NCBI GenBank assembly: GCA_913052565.1
Contig: CAJXFH010000003.1
Span: 6,702 to 70,701, forward strand
DNA: 64,000 nucleotides
Origin: an uncultured Gammaproteobacteria bacterium
Lineage (GTDB): Bacteria; Pseudomonadota; Gammaproteobacteria; Magnimaribacterales; TMED112
Direction of reading: 5' to 3'
Part shown: positions 49,237 to 58,865 of the stretch, one piece after another
Layout: every line of letters begins with the position of its first letter
How positions within the stretch are numbered: the stretch's first letter is position 1
The notes under the pieces: model-generated
What the model was told of the DNA's origin: nothing
What the model saw: only the letters and a program-made list of their open reading frames with translations
Databases searched by the model: none
Made by a program: the position numbers and the translations under genes

Positions 49237-50369
49237 TTTTTTAACTTACTTAATACAAAAGCAGCAGCACCCTCATTTTTTCCAATAAAACTCATTTTTT
49301 CAGATGTTTTTGCTTTGAAACCTATATTTTCCTTATCTAAACCAGTTAATTCCGATAAGCTAGATAAAATCTCTAAACGATGCGGAAGAAGTTTTGGCTC
49401 TTCAAGCACTACAATTATATCAATCTGTTTCAGAGAAAACCCTTTTTCCTTTATCATTGCCTCGGTTAATTTATATATCTCTTTTCCGGGACAATTTTTC
49501 CATTTCGAAGTATTGGGAAAATGCTGGCCTATATCGCCAAGACTTAATGCGCCCAACATAGAATCTGCTAAAGCATGTAAAACAATATCACCATCTGAGT
49601 GAGCATCAAAAGAGAAATTACAATCCACTTTATAGCCACCAATCATCAGACCATCACCTTTTTTAAATCTATGGCTATCAAAACCATTTCCAATTTTGTC
49701 AATTTCGAGGTCTTCTGGAACTGTAATCTTTATATTTGACCTATTACCGGGGATGAATTTGATTCTACCACCAGCTCTTTCAATGGCTTCTGATTCATCG
49801 CCCGGAAAAAAATTTGACCCTAATGAGCTCTCAATTGCATGTTCGAGCAATTTTGATGAAGAAATTTGTGGTGTCTGTGCAAGGTAAAATTCATTTCTAT
49901 TTTGACTGCTTTTAATAGCTAAAGTTTCAGGATCAATTTTTTTTAAGGCCTCATATATTGGTATACCAAGCACCAAAGCTTCTTCACTTGAAGAATCAAA
50001 GGCTTGTATCAATTGTTTTATTTTTGATATTTCAATAAAGGGTCTTACCGCATCATGAACCAGGACTATGCTATCTTCTTTTATTTTTTTCAAAGCATTC
50101 AAAACTGATTCAGCTCTAGAATCCCCACCTTCAACTTTGACTATTTTTTGATTTGTAGATATTTCAAGGTTATCAAAATCTCTATCATTCGGGCTCAAGA
50201 CTACAAAAATTTTTTTTATTTCTTCTATATTTATAAATTTTGTTATTGTTTTTTGGATGACAGGCTCATGATCAATTTCTATGTATTGTTTTGGAATAGT
50301 TGTGCCAAACCTTGTTCCAGTACCTGCTGAGGGAATAATAGCAAATATGTTTTTATTCTGGATCTTCAT
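49233..50369 (-). CDS. ispDF: Bifunctional IspD/IspF (MEP cytidylyltransferase / MEcPP synthase)
   Basis: 378 aa. The N-terminal half has IPSAGTGTRFG..PKQY (IspD). The C-terminal half has GNGFDSHRF..HSDGDIVLHALADSMLGA (IspF). Confidence 0.92.
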   Translation of the reverse strand: MKIQNKNIFAIIPSAGTGTRFGTTIPKQYIEIDHEPVIQKTITKFINIEEIKKIFVVLSPNDRDFDNLEISTNQKIVKVEGGDSRAESVLNALKKIKEDSIVLVHDAVRPFIEISKIKQLIQAFDSSSEEALVLGIPIYEALKKIDPETLAIKSSQNRNEFYLAQTPQISSSKLLEHAIESSLGSNFFPGDESEAIERAGGRIKFIPGNRSNIKITVPEDLEIDKIGNGFDSHRFKKGDGLMIGGYKVDCNFSFDAHSDGDIVLHALADSMLGALSLGDIGQHFPNTSKWKNCPGKEIYKLTEAMIKEKGFSLKQIDIIVVLEEPKLLPHRLEILSSLSELTGLDKENIGFKAKTSEKMSFIGKNEGAAAFVLSKLKK

Positions 50370-50649
50370 CTATATATATCTCGTCTTCTTTGATTAACCC
50401 TAGATTTTCTCTAGCAATATGCTCTACATACTCTTCATTATTTTTTAAATTTGAAATTTCTTCTTTAAGATTTTCATTTTCTAAAGTGATTGTTTCTAAT
50501 TCTATCTCTTTTTTTTCGATAAGATCTTCTAGCTTTGCTGACTCACTTAGGCTGTACTGTCCATAGAAAATATCAAAAATGAGTTTTGCTCCGATCACAA
50601 AGAGAACTATAAGCACAACAAGCTTGAAAAATTTTTTAAAAGAACTCAT
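50353..50649 (-). CDS. ftsB: Cell division protein FtsB
   Basis: 98 aa with one TM helix, a coiled coil and IARENLGLIKEDE. It lies between eno and ispD, as in other gammaproteobacteria. Confidence 0.85.
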   Translation of the reverse strand: MSSFKKFFKLVVLIVLFVIGAKLIFDIFYGQYSLSESAKLEDLIEKKEIELETITLENENLKEEISNLKNNEEYVEHIARENLGLIKEDEIYIDEDPE

Positions 50650-51899
50650 GGATAAAGTTCATTTTCAATCATCAGAAGACGATTATATTTTGCTGTTCTG
50701 TCTGATCTCGCTGGTGCACCAGTTTTAATTTGCTTTGCATCAACTGCAACGGATAAATCTGCTATAAAACTATCCTCAGTTTCTCCAGATCTATGAGAAA
50801 TAATTGTCTTAATATTGTTTTCTTGTGCCAATTTTATTGTTTCAAAGCACTCGGTGATAGTTCCAACCTGATTTGGTTTAATTAAGATTGCATTTGCTGC
50901 ATTTGTAGTTATTCCTTTATTTAATAAATCTTTTTGTGTAACAAATATGTCATCTCCGACTATTTGGGTATCTTTGCAAATTTCTGTTAAAGATTGCCAA
51001 GCTTTCCAATCTTTTTCATCAAATGGATCCTCTACTGAAGTAATTTCATATTTTTCAATAAGTTTTTGAATATATTCAACCATTTCATCTGACTGCATCT
51101 TTTTATTTTCACCAGCCAATGTGTATATACCTGAATCGAATAATTCTGTTGCTGCGCAATCAAGTGCTATGAACATATCTTTATTATGTTTTAGGCCAGC
51201 ATCTTTTATTGATGCAATGATTTCTTCAAGCACATTTTCTGTTGAACCTAAATTTGGTGAGAAACCGCCTTCATCACCAACGGAAACACTCAAGCCACTA
51301 CTTGATAATCGTCTTTTTAAAGCAGTATATACTGATACAGAATTCATCAAACCATCTCTAAATGAATAATCTGAAGATGGAATGATCATAAATTCTTGGA
51401 TATCTACATCATTATTTGAATGGCTACCACCATTGAAGATATTTAACATAGGCCTTGGCATCGACATTTCAGTATGTAAGTTAGATTGTTTTTTATAGAG
51501 AATGTTTAAATACTCATATAGGTTTAGGTTCAATGAATTAGCTGCGGCTCTGGTGCAGGCAATTGAAACTGACAGGATAGCATTAGCTCCTATTTTTGAC
51601 TTATTTGATGTGCCATCGATCTCAATAAGCAGCTTATCAATACTAGCTTGATCATCTGCTCTTTTATTATCTAAATCTTCTAGTAGTTTTTTTGCATTTT
51701 CTGAAGCGTTTTGGACACCAAGTCCTCCATATCTTTCTTCATTATCTCTAAGTTCATGAGCTTCTAATGAACCTGTTGAAGCTCCGCTGGGTACAAATGC
51801 AGTTCCCTTGCAACCGTCGTCCAAAACAACAGTTGTGCAAAGCGTAGGCCTACCTCTTGAGTCGAGCACCTCAATAGAATCTATATTTTTTATTTTCAT
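50646..51899 (-). CDS. eno: Enolase
   Basis: 417 aa with EVLDSRGRPT, SHRSGETED and KYNRLL. Confidence 0.96.
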   Translation of the reverse strand: MKIKNIDSIEVLDSRGRPTLCTTVVLDDGCKGTAFVPSGASTGSLEAHELRDNEERYGGLGVQNASENAKKLLEDLDNKRADDQASIDKLLIEIDGTSNKSKIGANAILSVSIACTRAAANSLNLNLYEYLNILYKKQSNLHTEMSMPRPMLNIFNGGSHSNNDVDIQEFMIIPSSDYSFRDGLMNSVSVYTALKRRLSSSGLSVSVGDEGGFSPNLGSTENVLEEIIASIKDAGLKHNKDMFIALDCAATELFDSGIYTLAGENKKMQSDEMVEYIQKLIEKYEITSVEDPFDEKDWKAWQSLTEICKDTQIVGDDIFVTQKDLLNKGITTNAANAILIKPNQVGTITECFETIKLAQENNIKTIISHRSGETEDSFIADLSVAVDAKQIKTGAPARSDRTAKYNRLLMIENELYP

Positions 51900-52714
51900 T
51901 GATCGATGTTCTTTATAAATTCATCTAGAGCAATAATTTTTTCCATGAAACTCTCAAGATCTGAGAGCTTAAGTGCGCATGGCCCGTCACATTTCGCCGA
52001 TTGAGGATCAGGGTGAGTCTCTAAAAATAAACCAGCAATGCTTTGAGAAATCCCGGCCTTAGCAAGATCATATACATATTGTCCTCTTCCCCCAGTACTT
52101 TTTTGCAACATTCCTGGCTGTTGCAATGAGTGAGTTACATCAAAGAAAACTGGGTTACCTCTTTCTTTCAATATTTGGAAGTTCAATGTGTCAACAATAA
52201 GATTGTTATAACCAAAAATATTTCCCCTTTCACAAAGAATGACCTCTTCATTCCCTGCAGCTTTGCATTTATCCACAGCATGAAACATTTCTTTAGCAGA
52301 GGAAAACTGCGGTTTTTTAATATTAATAATTTTTTTTGTTTTTGATGCAGCAATGATCAAATCAGTTTGCCTGCATAAAAATGCAGGAATTTGAATCACA
52401 TCAGCGACTTCAGCAACAGCATCTGCTTGATTTGGTTCATGTATATCTGTGATTATTGGAAGGCCGAATTCATTTTTTATTTTTTGTAAGCTAGTTAAGC
52501 CCTCTTGTAAGCCAGGACCACGGTAAGAATCTAGTGAAGATCTATTAGCTTTATCGAAAGAAGCTTTAAAGACGTAATTGCAATCTAATTTTTCTGAGAT
52601 TTTTTTAAAAGTCTCAGCAACCTGTCTGAGTAGATCATCAGATTCAATAACATTAACACCACCAAAAATTGTTAATTTTGAATCATTCGAAATATCTTTA
52701 CCGTTTATTTTCAT
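51896..52714 (-). CDS. kdsA: 3-deoxy-8-phosphooctulonate synthase
   Basis: 272 aa with FKASFDKANRSS, IPAFLCRQTDL and DVTHSLQ. Confidence 0.95.
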   Translation of the reverse strand: MKINGKDISNDSKLTIFGGVNVIESDDLLRQVAETFKKISEKLDCNYVFKASFDKANRSSLDSYRGPGLQEGLTSLQKIKNEFGLPIITDIHEPNQADAVAEVADVIQIPAFLCRQTDLIIAASKTKKIINIKKPQFSSAKEMFHAVDKCKAAGNEEVILCERGNIFGYNNLIVDTLNFQILKERGNPVFFDVTHSLQQPGMLQKSTGGRGQYVYDLAKAGISQSIAGLFLETHPDPQSAKCDGPCALKLSDLESFMEKIIALDEFIKNIDQ

Positions 52715-54342
52715 TTCTTTAATTTTACAGCCGTCTTTATGAAATCGTTAAATAATGGATGGCCTTTTTTTGGTTTTGAAGTAAATTCGGGATGAAATTG
52801 ACACGCTACAAACCATGGATGATCTTTAAGCTCAATCATTTCTACCAAATTATGCATTTCAGATCTTGCCGAAATAACAAGACCTTTTTTTTCTAGTTTT
52901 GGAACAATTTGTGGATTTACTTCATATCTATGTCTATGTCTTTCAAATATTGACGCTTTTTTATAAAGATTTCTTGCCAGAGTATTTTTAGTTAATGAGG
53001 CTTTTTGTGCACCAAGTCTCATAGTGCCACCTTTATCTGATTTTAAGCTTCTTTTTTCTATGCTGCCGTCTTCATTCTTCCACTCTGTTACTAATGAAAT
53101 AACATTGTTCTTGGTCTTCTTAAACTCAGTACTATTGGCATCTTTCAACCCCAAAAGATTTCTAGACATTTCTATGATAGCTATTTGTAATCCCAAACAA
53201 ATTCCAAAATAAGGAACCTTTTTTTCTCTTGCATACTTTGATGCCAAGATCATTCCTTCAATTCCTCTGTCTCCAAAACCGCCCGGAACTAGAATAGCAT
53301 CAGAATTTTTGAGCACTTTAAGATAATTCTTTTTTGTTATTTCTTCTGAATTAACAAAATTTATTTTTACTTCAGTATCATTATGTATGCCCGCGTGATC
53401 AATAGCTTCAATAAGAGAAAAATAAGCATCTTTGAGATCAACATATTTACCAACAAAGGATAATCTTAATTGATTTGATGGGTGAAGTTTTCTTTGTACA
53501 ACCTTTTTCCAGTCCGAAAGTCTAGGTGAATTGTTCTCAAGTTGTAATTTTTTCGAAAGGATTTTATCCAACCCCTCTTTTGCTAGAAACAGAGGAACTT
53601 GATAGATTGTGTCCATATTTGGCAAAGAAATTACTGTACCTTTTTGCATAGAACAAAATAGACCAATCTTTTCTTTGCTTTCTTTAGGAATTTCAAATTC
53701 AGATCTACATATTAAAATATCAGGCTGAACACCAAGTGTTCTGTACTCTTTAACAGAATGTTGAGTTGGTTTTGTCTTTAATTCTTCTGATGTTGCTAAG
53801 TATGGGACAAGCGTTAAATGTAAATAAGCTGTTTGGAAAGATTTTAACTCTAATCCAAGTTGTCTTATAGCCTCTATAAATGATTGGCTTTCAATATCAC
53901 CAACCGTCCCGCCAATTTCTACAATTGCAATATCACAATTTTTAGAAGCCTCAATAATTCTTCTTTTTATTTCATCTGTGATATGTGGGATTATTTGAAC
54001 AGTCTTACCTAAGTATTCACCCTTTCTCTCTTTTCTAAGAACCGAATAATAAATTTTACCAGCAGTAAAATTATTATTTTTTGTACAAGTATTATCAACA
54101 AACCTCTCGTAATGACCTAAATCCAAATCAGTCTCAGTCCCGTCTTCCAATACAAAAACTTCTCCATGCTGAAAAGGGCTCATAGTACCAGGGTCAACAT
54201 TAAAGTATGGATCAAGTTTAATCACACAAACTTTGTAACCCTTGGATTCAAGAATTGAACCTATAGACGCTGAAGCGATTCCTTTCCCTAGAGATGACAC
54301 AACACCTCCTGTAACGAATATAAATCTCGTATCTTTCAGCAA
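52711..54342 (-). CDS. pyrG: CTP synthase
   Basis: 543 aa with GGVVSSLGKG and the glutaminase triad region GICLGLQ ... QFHPEF. Confidence 0.97.
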   Translation of the reverse strand: MLKDTRFIFVTGGVVSSLGKGIASASIGSILESKGYKVCVIKLDPYFNVDPGTMSPFQHGEVFVLEDGTETDLDLGHYERFVDNTCTKNNNFTAGKIYYSVLRKERKGEYLGKTVQIIPHITDEIKRRIIEASKNCDIAIVEIGGTVGDIESQSFIEAIRQLGLELKSFQTAYLHLTLVPYLATSEELKTKPTQHSVKEYRTLGVQPDILICRSEFEIPKESKEKIGLFCSMQKGTVISLPNMDTIYQVPLFLAKEGLDKILSKKLQLENNSPRLSDWKKVVQRKLHPSNQLRLSFVGKYVDLKDAYFSLIEAIDHAGIHNDTEVKINFVNSEEITKKNYLKVLKNSDAILVPGGFGDRGIEGMILASKYAREKKVPYFGICLGLQIAIIEMSRNLLGLKDANSTEFKKTKNNVISLVTEWKNEDGSIEKRSLKSDKGGTMRLGAQKASLTKNTLARNLYKKASIFERHRHRYEVNPQIVPKLEKKGLVISARSEMHNLVEMIELKDHPWFVACQFHPEFTSKPKKGHPLFNDFIKTAVKLKK

Positions 54343-54359
54343 AATAAAATTTCCTTACG

Positions 54360-55403
54360 CTATTCTAAATAATTTTTTGTAACTCTACTCGAGATATTTG
54401 CTAATAGGCTATAGGAAATTGTATTAAGTTGGTCTGATAGAGATTTAAGGTCACTATTAAATCCCCAGATGTCTACCCAATCACCTACAGCAATATCTCT
54501 ATTTTGACCAAGATTTATCATTAATAAATCCATATTAGAGCGTCCTATTGTTTGAAAATTCTTTTTTCCTATTGAAATTGTGAGTGGAGTTTTGAAATAA
54601 GGTAACCCATCCCCGTAACCAATTCCAACGTAAGCTATTATGCAGTCCTCACTTGCTATCCAAGAACCATCATATCCAACTTTTGAACCTGATTTTATTT
54701 CTCTTATAGAGATAATTTTAGATCTCAAAGAGGTTACTGGAATAGTACCAAATTCATTGTATTTTCCTCCATAGATTGCAATTCCTGGTCTTACAATATC
54801 AAAGTGTGCATCTGGAAAATTAAAAATTGCTCCGGAGTTTGAGAGACTTTTTTTATAGTTATAGTTTTTTGTCAATTCAGTAAATTTTTTTATTTGTTTA
54901 TTGTTCATATCGTCATTTACTTCACTTGATGAAGCTAAGTGAGACATCAGAATAATCTCTGCAACATTAACTTCCTTTGCTTTATTTAAGGCTTGCTGAA
55001 AGTCGATAGGATCTAAACCTAACCTGTTCATTCCTGTATTAATTTTTATCCATAATCTTGACTGAGAAAGATCAAAATTTTCTAATTTTTCTAGTTGCCA
55101 CATGGAATGAATTACAAAATCAAATCTAAATTCTGAAACTAATTTATAATCCTCTATCTCATGAACCCCTTGTAAGAGAAGGATTGGTTTTTCAGTAAAT
55201 TTTCTAATTTCAATTGCTTCATCTAATGTTATTACTGAGTATGATTCAACATGATCATTAATATTTTTTACAACCTCAGATGCGCTGATACCATAGCTAT
55301 TAGCCTTTACTACAGCTTGAATCCTTGCGTCGGTAAAACTTTTTATTAGATCAATATTTTTTGTAAGATTAGAGAGCTTAATCTTCAGTTCTGTCTTGCG
55401 CAT
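54360..55403 (-). CDS. alr: Alanine racemase
   Basis: 347 aa with the PLP-Lys in AVVKANSYG. It has the dnaB-alr adjacency. The true start may lie downstream of the 26-nt overlap with dnaB. Confidence 0.88.
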   Translation of the reverse strand: MRKTELKIKLSNLTKNIDLIKSFTDARIQAVVKANSYGISASEVVKNINDHVESYSVITLDEAIEIRKFTEKPILLLQGVHEIEDYKLVSEFRFDFVIHSMWQLEKLENFDLSQSRLWIKINTGMNRLGLDPIDFQQALNKAKEVNVAEIILMSHLASSSEVNDDMNNKQIKKFTELTKNYNYKKSLSNSGAIFNFPDAHFDIVRPGIAIYGGKYNEFGTIPVTSLRSKIISIREIKSGSKVGYDGSWIASEDCIIAYVGIGYGDGLPYFKTPLTISIGKKNFQTIGRSNMDLLMINLGQNRDIAVGDWVDIWGFNSDLKSLSDQLNTISYSLLANISSRVTKNYLE

Positions 55404-56736
55404 AACTATTCATTATTTCGGGTGCAAGATCACCAAACCTTGTAAGCTCGTCTCTAAAAGAAAGCAATACTCTCTTGGTTGGCCCATTTCTGTGCTTAAC
55501 AAGATTTAACTCAGCAACATTTTTCCATTCTTCATTCTTTGTATAGATAAAGTCTCTATAAAGCATGAAAATAAGGTCTGCATCTTGTTCAATTGCTCCT
55601 GAATCTCTTAAATCTGACATTTGAGGTCTTTTATTTGGTCTTTGTTCAACTCCTCTGTTAAGTTGTGATAAGACTATGACAGGAGCTTTAACTTCTTTTG
55701 CAAGATACTTTAGTGATCTTGAAATATCAGATAATTCATTTACCCTATTTTCATTCCTCCCTGGCATTTGCATTAATTGGATATAGTCAATCACTACCAA
55801 ATTTAAGCCTCCAGAATTTCTAAACTGTTTTGCAAGTCTTCTAGATTTAGCACGTATCTCCATTGGTGAAATATTAGGTGTATCATCCACAAAAATATTT
55901 AAATCATTCATGTTTTTTGTTTGCTTAGCAATTTTGTCCCACTGTCTATCAGTTAAGTTTGCAGATTTAACATTTGACTGGGATATACCTGCCATCGAGG
56001 CCAGCATTCTTTGTGTTAATGATTGAGATGACATCTCCAAACTAAATACAGCTACACAACCCTCATTCTTTTTTGCAACATTTTCTGCAATATTCATTGC
56101 TAATGAGGTCTTACCCATGCTTGGTCTGCCTGCAATAACGATTAGATCTTCTTTTTGTAATCCTTGAGTAAGGCCGTCAATTGCTGTGAAACCAGAAGAA
56201 ACTCCTATAAGCTCGCCTTGCATACCAGATAATTCTTCAAGCCTGTCCCAGGTTTCTTTTACATAACTCTCAATTTTTTTGAGTGAATCGGCGTTTGCTC
56301 TGTTAGTAGAAAGTTCAAATATTTTTGCTTCAGCTTCATCAAGCAAATCATTGCTAGTTTTTCCTTCAGGGCTCTCTACAGTTTTCATAAGTTCTGTTAA
56401 AACTTGCTTAAGGTTTCTGTCTATTGATTGATCTTTTACTAGGTTTGCATAGCTGTCTGCTGCCAATGCTGATACAGGTATTGTTTGGAGTTCTTTTAGG
56501 TAATCAACTCCACCAACTCTTTGTAAACTGTTTTTTCTATCAAGTAATTCTGAAACTGTTATATGGTCTATGCCTTCTCCTTTGTCAGCCAGCTCTTTAA
56601 TACACTCAAAAATTTCTTTATGTAGATCTGATTCGAAGTCTGTTGAGTTGATAAGAGCATCAACTTCTGGATACTTCTCTTTAGATAAAAGCAAGGCGCC
56701 TAAAACTGCTTGCTCTACTTCAATATTACTTGGCAT
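55378..56736 (-). CDS. dnaB: Replicative DNA helicase DnaB
   Basis: 452 aa with PSNIEVEQAVLGALLL and Walker A GRPSMGKTS. Confidence 0.97.
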   Translation of the reverse strand: MPSNIEVEQAVLGALLLSKEKYPEVDALINSTDFESDLHKEIFECIKELADKGEGIDHITVSELLDRKNSLQRVGGVDYLKELQTIPVSALAADSYANLVKDQSIDRNLKQVLTELMKTVESPEGKTSNDLLDEAEAKIFELSTNRANADSLKKIESYVKETWDRLEELSGMQGELIGVSSGFTAIDGLTQGLQKEDLIVIAGRPSMGKTSLAMNIAENVAKKNEGCVAVFSLEMSSQSLTQRMLASMAGISQSNVKSANLTDRQWDKIAKQTKNMNDLNIFVDDTPNISPMEIRAKSRRLAKQFRNSGGLNLVVIDYIQLMQMPGRNENRVNELSDISRSLKYLAKEVKAPVIVLSQLNRGVEQRPNKRPQMSDLRDSGAIEQDADLIFMLYRDFIYTKNEEWKNVAELNLVKHRNGPTKRVLLSFRDELTRFGDLAPEIMNSYAQDRTED

Positions 56737-57185
56737 TACGTTGGTTTTACTTCTATAGATATAGATTTAACTATTTCTGGATGAAGTTCAACGTTTACAG
56801 TGAATTCTCCGACCTCTTTTATTGGTCCAGACAATAAAATAATCGATGATCTCTTAACAAAATCGTGGCCATCAGCATGAATTGCTTCAAGAATCTCTGA
56901 AACACCAACTGAACCAAATAGTGCTCCACTTTCTTGAGCATTTGCTGCAATAGTCAGTTTGAGGTCTTCGATTTTGAGTGCATTTGCCTCTGCTAGTGAA
57001 AGCTCGTCAGCAGCTTTTTTGAGATATTCACCTTTCTTCTCCTCAAAATCTTTCATGTATTCTTCGGTAGCAGGTAATGCTTTGTGGTAAGGAAGCAAAA
57101 AATTCCTAGCGAAGCCTGACTTTACATCAACAACGTCGCCAATTTCACCAAGGTTTTTAATCTTAGTTACAAGAACTACTTTCAT
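56736..57185 (-). CDS. rplI: 50S ribosomal protein L9
   Basis: 149 aa starting MKVVL, with [20 protein letters not shown]. Confidence 0.95.
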   Translation of the reverse strand: MKVVLVTKIKNLGEIGDVVDVKSGFARNFLLPYHKALPATEEYMKDFEEKKGEYLKKAADELSLAEANALKIEDLKLTIAANAQESGALFGSVGVSEILEAIHADGHDFVKRSSIILLSGPIKEVGEFTVNVELHPEIVKSISIEVKPT

Positions 57186-57388
57186 TTGCTTTCTTCTATC
57201 TTATGTTTGTCAGTGAATGGCAAGAAACCTAGAAGTCTTGCTTTTTTGATTGCTTTTGTTAATTTTCTTTGCTCTTTAGCATTTAACCTGGTGTATCTAG
57301 ATGAAAGGATTTTTCCATTCTCAGATATAAAACCTTTCAAAGAATCAGGATCTCTGTAATCAATATTAACTTTTTTATCTTCTGTCAT
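57182..57388 (-). CDS. rpsR: 30S ribosomal protein S18
   Basis: 68 aa with [25 protein letters not shown] and [13 protein letters not shown]. Confidence 0.95.
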   Translation of the reverse strand: MTEDKKVNIDYRDPDSLKGFISENGKILSSRYTRLNAKEQRKLTKAIKKARLLGFLPFTDKHKIEESK

Positions 57389-57390
57389 AA

Positions 57391-57672
57391 TTAGGCTAGT
57401 TTTACTGTCAAATGTCTGAAGACATTTTGGTCGTATCTGAATTTTTCTTCAAGCAAATCAAGCGTTTCTGGCTCTACATTTACATCCAAATGAACGTAAT
57501 TTGCGTAATTCATGTTATTTATTGGATAAGCTAATTGTCTTTTTCCCAGTAGCTTTGTATCTACTAAGTCACCTTTGTTATCAGTAATAATTTTCTTTAG
57601 ACCATCAAGAAAATCGTCAACTTCATCCATTGTATTTGGATTTAAAAGGAGCATTAATTCGTATTTTTGCAT
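57391..57672 (-). CDS. rpsF: 30S ribosomal protein S6
   Basis: It contains [12 protein letters not shown] and [11 protein letters not shown] prefer the ATG at 57672 to the track GTG at 57675. The ftsA stop and the rpsF start form a TGATG junction. Confidence 0.93.
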   Translation of the reverse strand: MQKYELMLLLNPNTMDEVDDFLDGLKKIITDNKGDLVDTKLLGKRQLAYPINNMNYANYVHLDVNVEPETLDLLEEKFRYDQNVFRHLTVKLA

Positions 57673-58865
57673 CACAATTCAGTTCTTATCCATTCAAGCA
57701 CTCGGGCTATAATACCCTTGCTTTGATTAAAGGTAAACTCTTTATCTTGTTCTAATGCATAAAATTTCGTTAAGCCCAAGACGGCACTGAATTCAGGTTT
57801 TAATATATTTGCCATACTTTCCTGTTTTGAATCAATTGGCTCCCCTACTCTAGAATTAGAACCAGTAATTTTTTTTGCTAGTTTTTCCATATCCTCAATA
57901 TTGGAAGTGCCTCCAGTAATTACGTATCCTCCTGGAATTTGTTGCTCAAAACCGTTCTCTTTAATAGTGCTTAGAGTATTTTGAAGAATTCTTGAAAGAG
58001 ATTTTTCTATGATTGATGCTAAGGATTTCCTGGAAATTTTCTTTTGCTCATTGTCATTTTTTATGTAAAGCAATTCCTGATCAGACTCATCTGCAAATGC
58101 TGTTCCATATCTCACTTTCATTTCTTCAGCATCTCTTGAAGGTATTTGTAAAGAAAGAGCTATAGACTCTGTAACATAGTCCCCTGAATAAGGGAGTATC
58201 TTAGAGAAAACAATCGAACCATTTCTATAAACTGACAAATCTGTCGTGCCTGCACCAATATCGATAAGACAAACGCCATGTTTTTTCTCTTCTTCAGTTA
58301 GAACACATTGTGCTACGCCAAGTTGATTAAAATAGTACCTTCTAGCCGATAAATTTCCGAGGTTATCTAAACATTCTTGAAAATTTTGGATTGACTTCTT
58401 GGAACAGTAGATTACATGTGTCTTAACCTCTAACTTTACTCCCTTTAGACCTATTGGATCTGCAATATCACCTGAACCATCAATGAAATATTCATTTGGA
58501 ACAACATCTAATAACATCTTATCTGATGGAACTTTCATAGTTGATGATAGATTCAGAGCTTCTTGTATATCGCTTGTTGATACTTCTTTATCTGAAATAA
58601 CTGCTTGTCCGATAGAATTAGTACTTGAAATATTTTCTCCGGATAAGCCAACAAAAATCTCTTTAATTTTAAACCCAGTTTGCTTTTCTAAATGATTTAA
58701 TACTTTTGCTATAGACTCTGTTGTCTGAGGTATATTTACAATCGATCCTCTTTTTATACCTGATGTTTCATATGATGAAAATGCCATTATCTCCGAATTA
58801 GTTTCTTTGCGCCTCATTAATACACCAGAGATTTTTGAAGTACCTAGGTCAAGAAAACAAATCAT
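57672..58865 (-). CDS. ftsA: Cell division protein FtsA
   Basis: 397 aa with an actin/Hsp70-type fold (DLGTSK, IDIGAGTTD, ITGGTS) and a C-terminal amphipathic helix GIIARVLEWIRTEL. Confidence 0.93.
   Translation of the reverse strand: MICFLDLGTSKISGVLMRRKETNSEIMAFSSYETSGIKRGSIVNIPQTTESIAKVLNHLEKQTGFKIKEIFVGLSGENISSTNSIGQAVISDKEVSTSDIQEALNLSSTMKVPSDKMLLDVVPNEYFIDGSGDIADPIGLKGVKLEVKTHVIYCSKKSIQNFQECLDNLGNLSARRYYFNQLGVAQCVLTEEEKKHGVCLIDIGAGTTDLSVYRNGSIVFSKILPYSGDYVTESIALSLQIPSRDAEEMKVRYGTAFADESDQELLYIKNDNEQKKISRKSLASIIEKSLSRILQNTLSTIKENGFEQQIPGGYVITGGTSNIEDMEKLAKKITGSNSRVGEPIDSKQESMANILKPEFSAVLGLTKFYALEQDKEFTFNQSKGIIARVLEWIRTEL

Noticed and set aside
57182-57675. Absence of priB between rpsF and rpsR as a possible anomaly.
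   Set aside because: The order rpsF-rpsR-rplI-dnaB-alr without priB matches the Pseudomonas-type arrangement. This is not unusual for non-enteric gammaproteobacteria.
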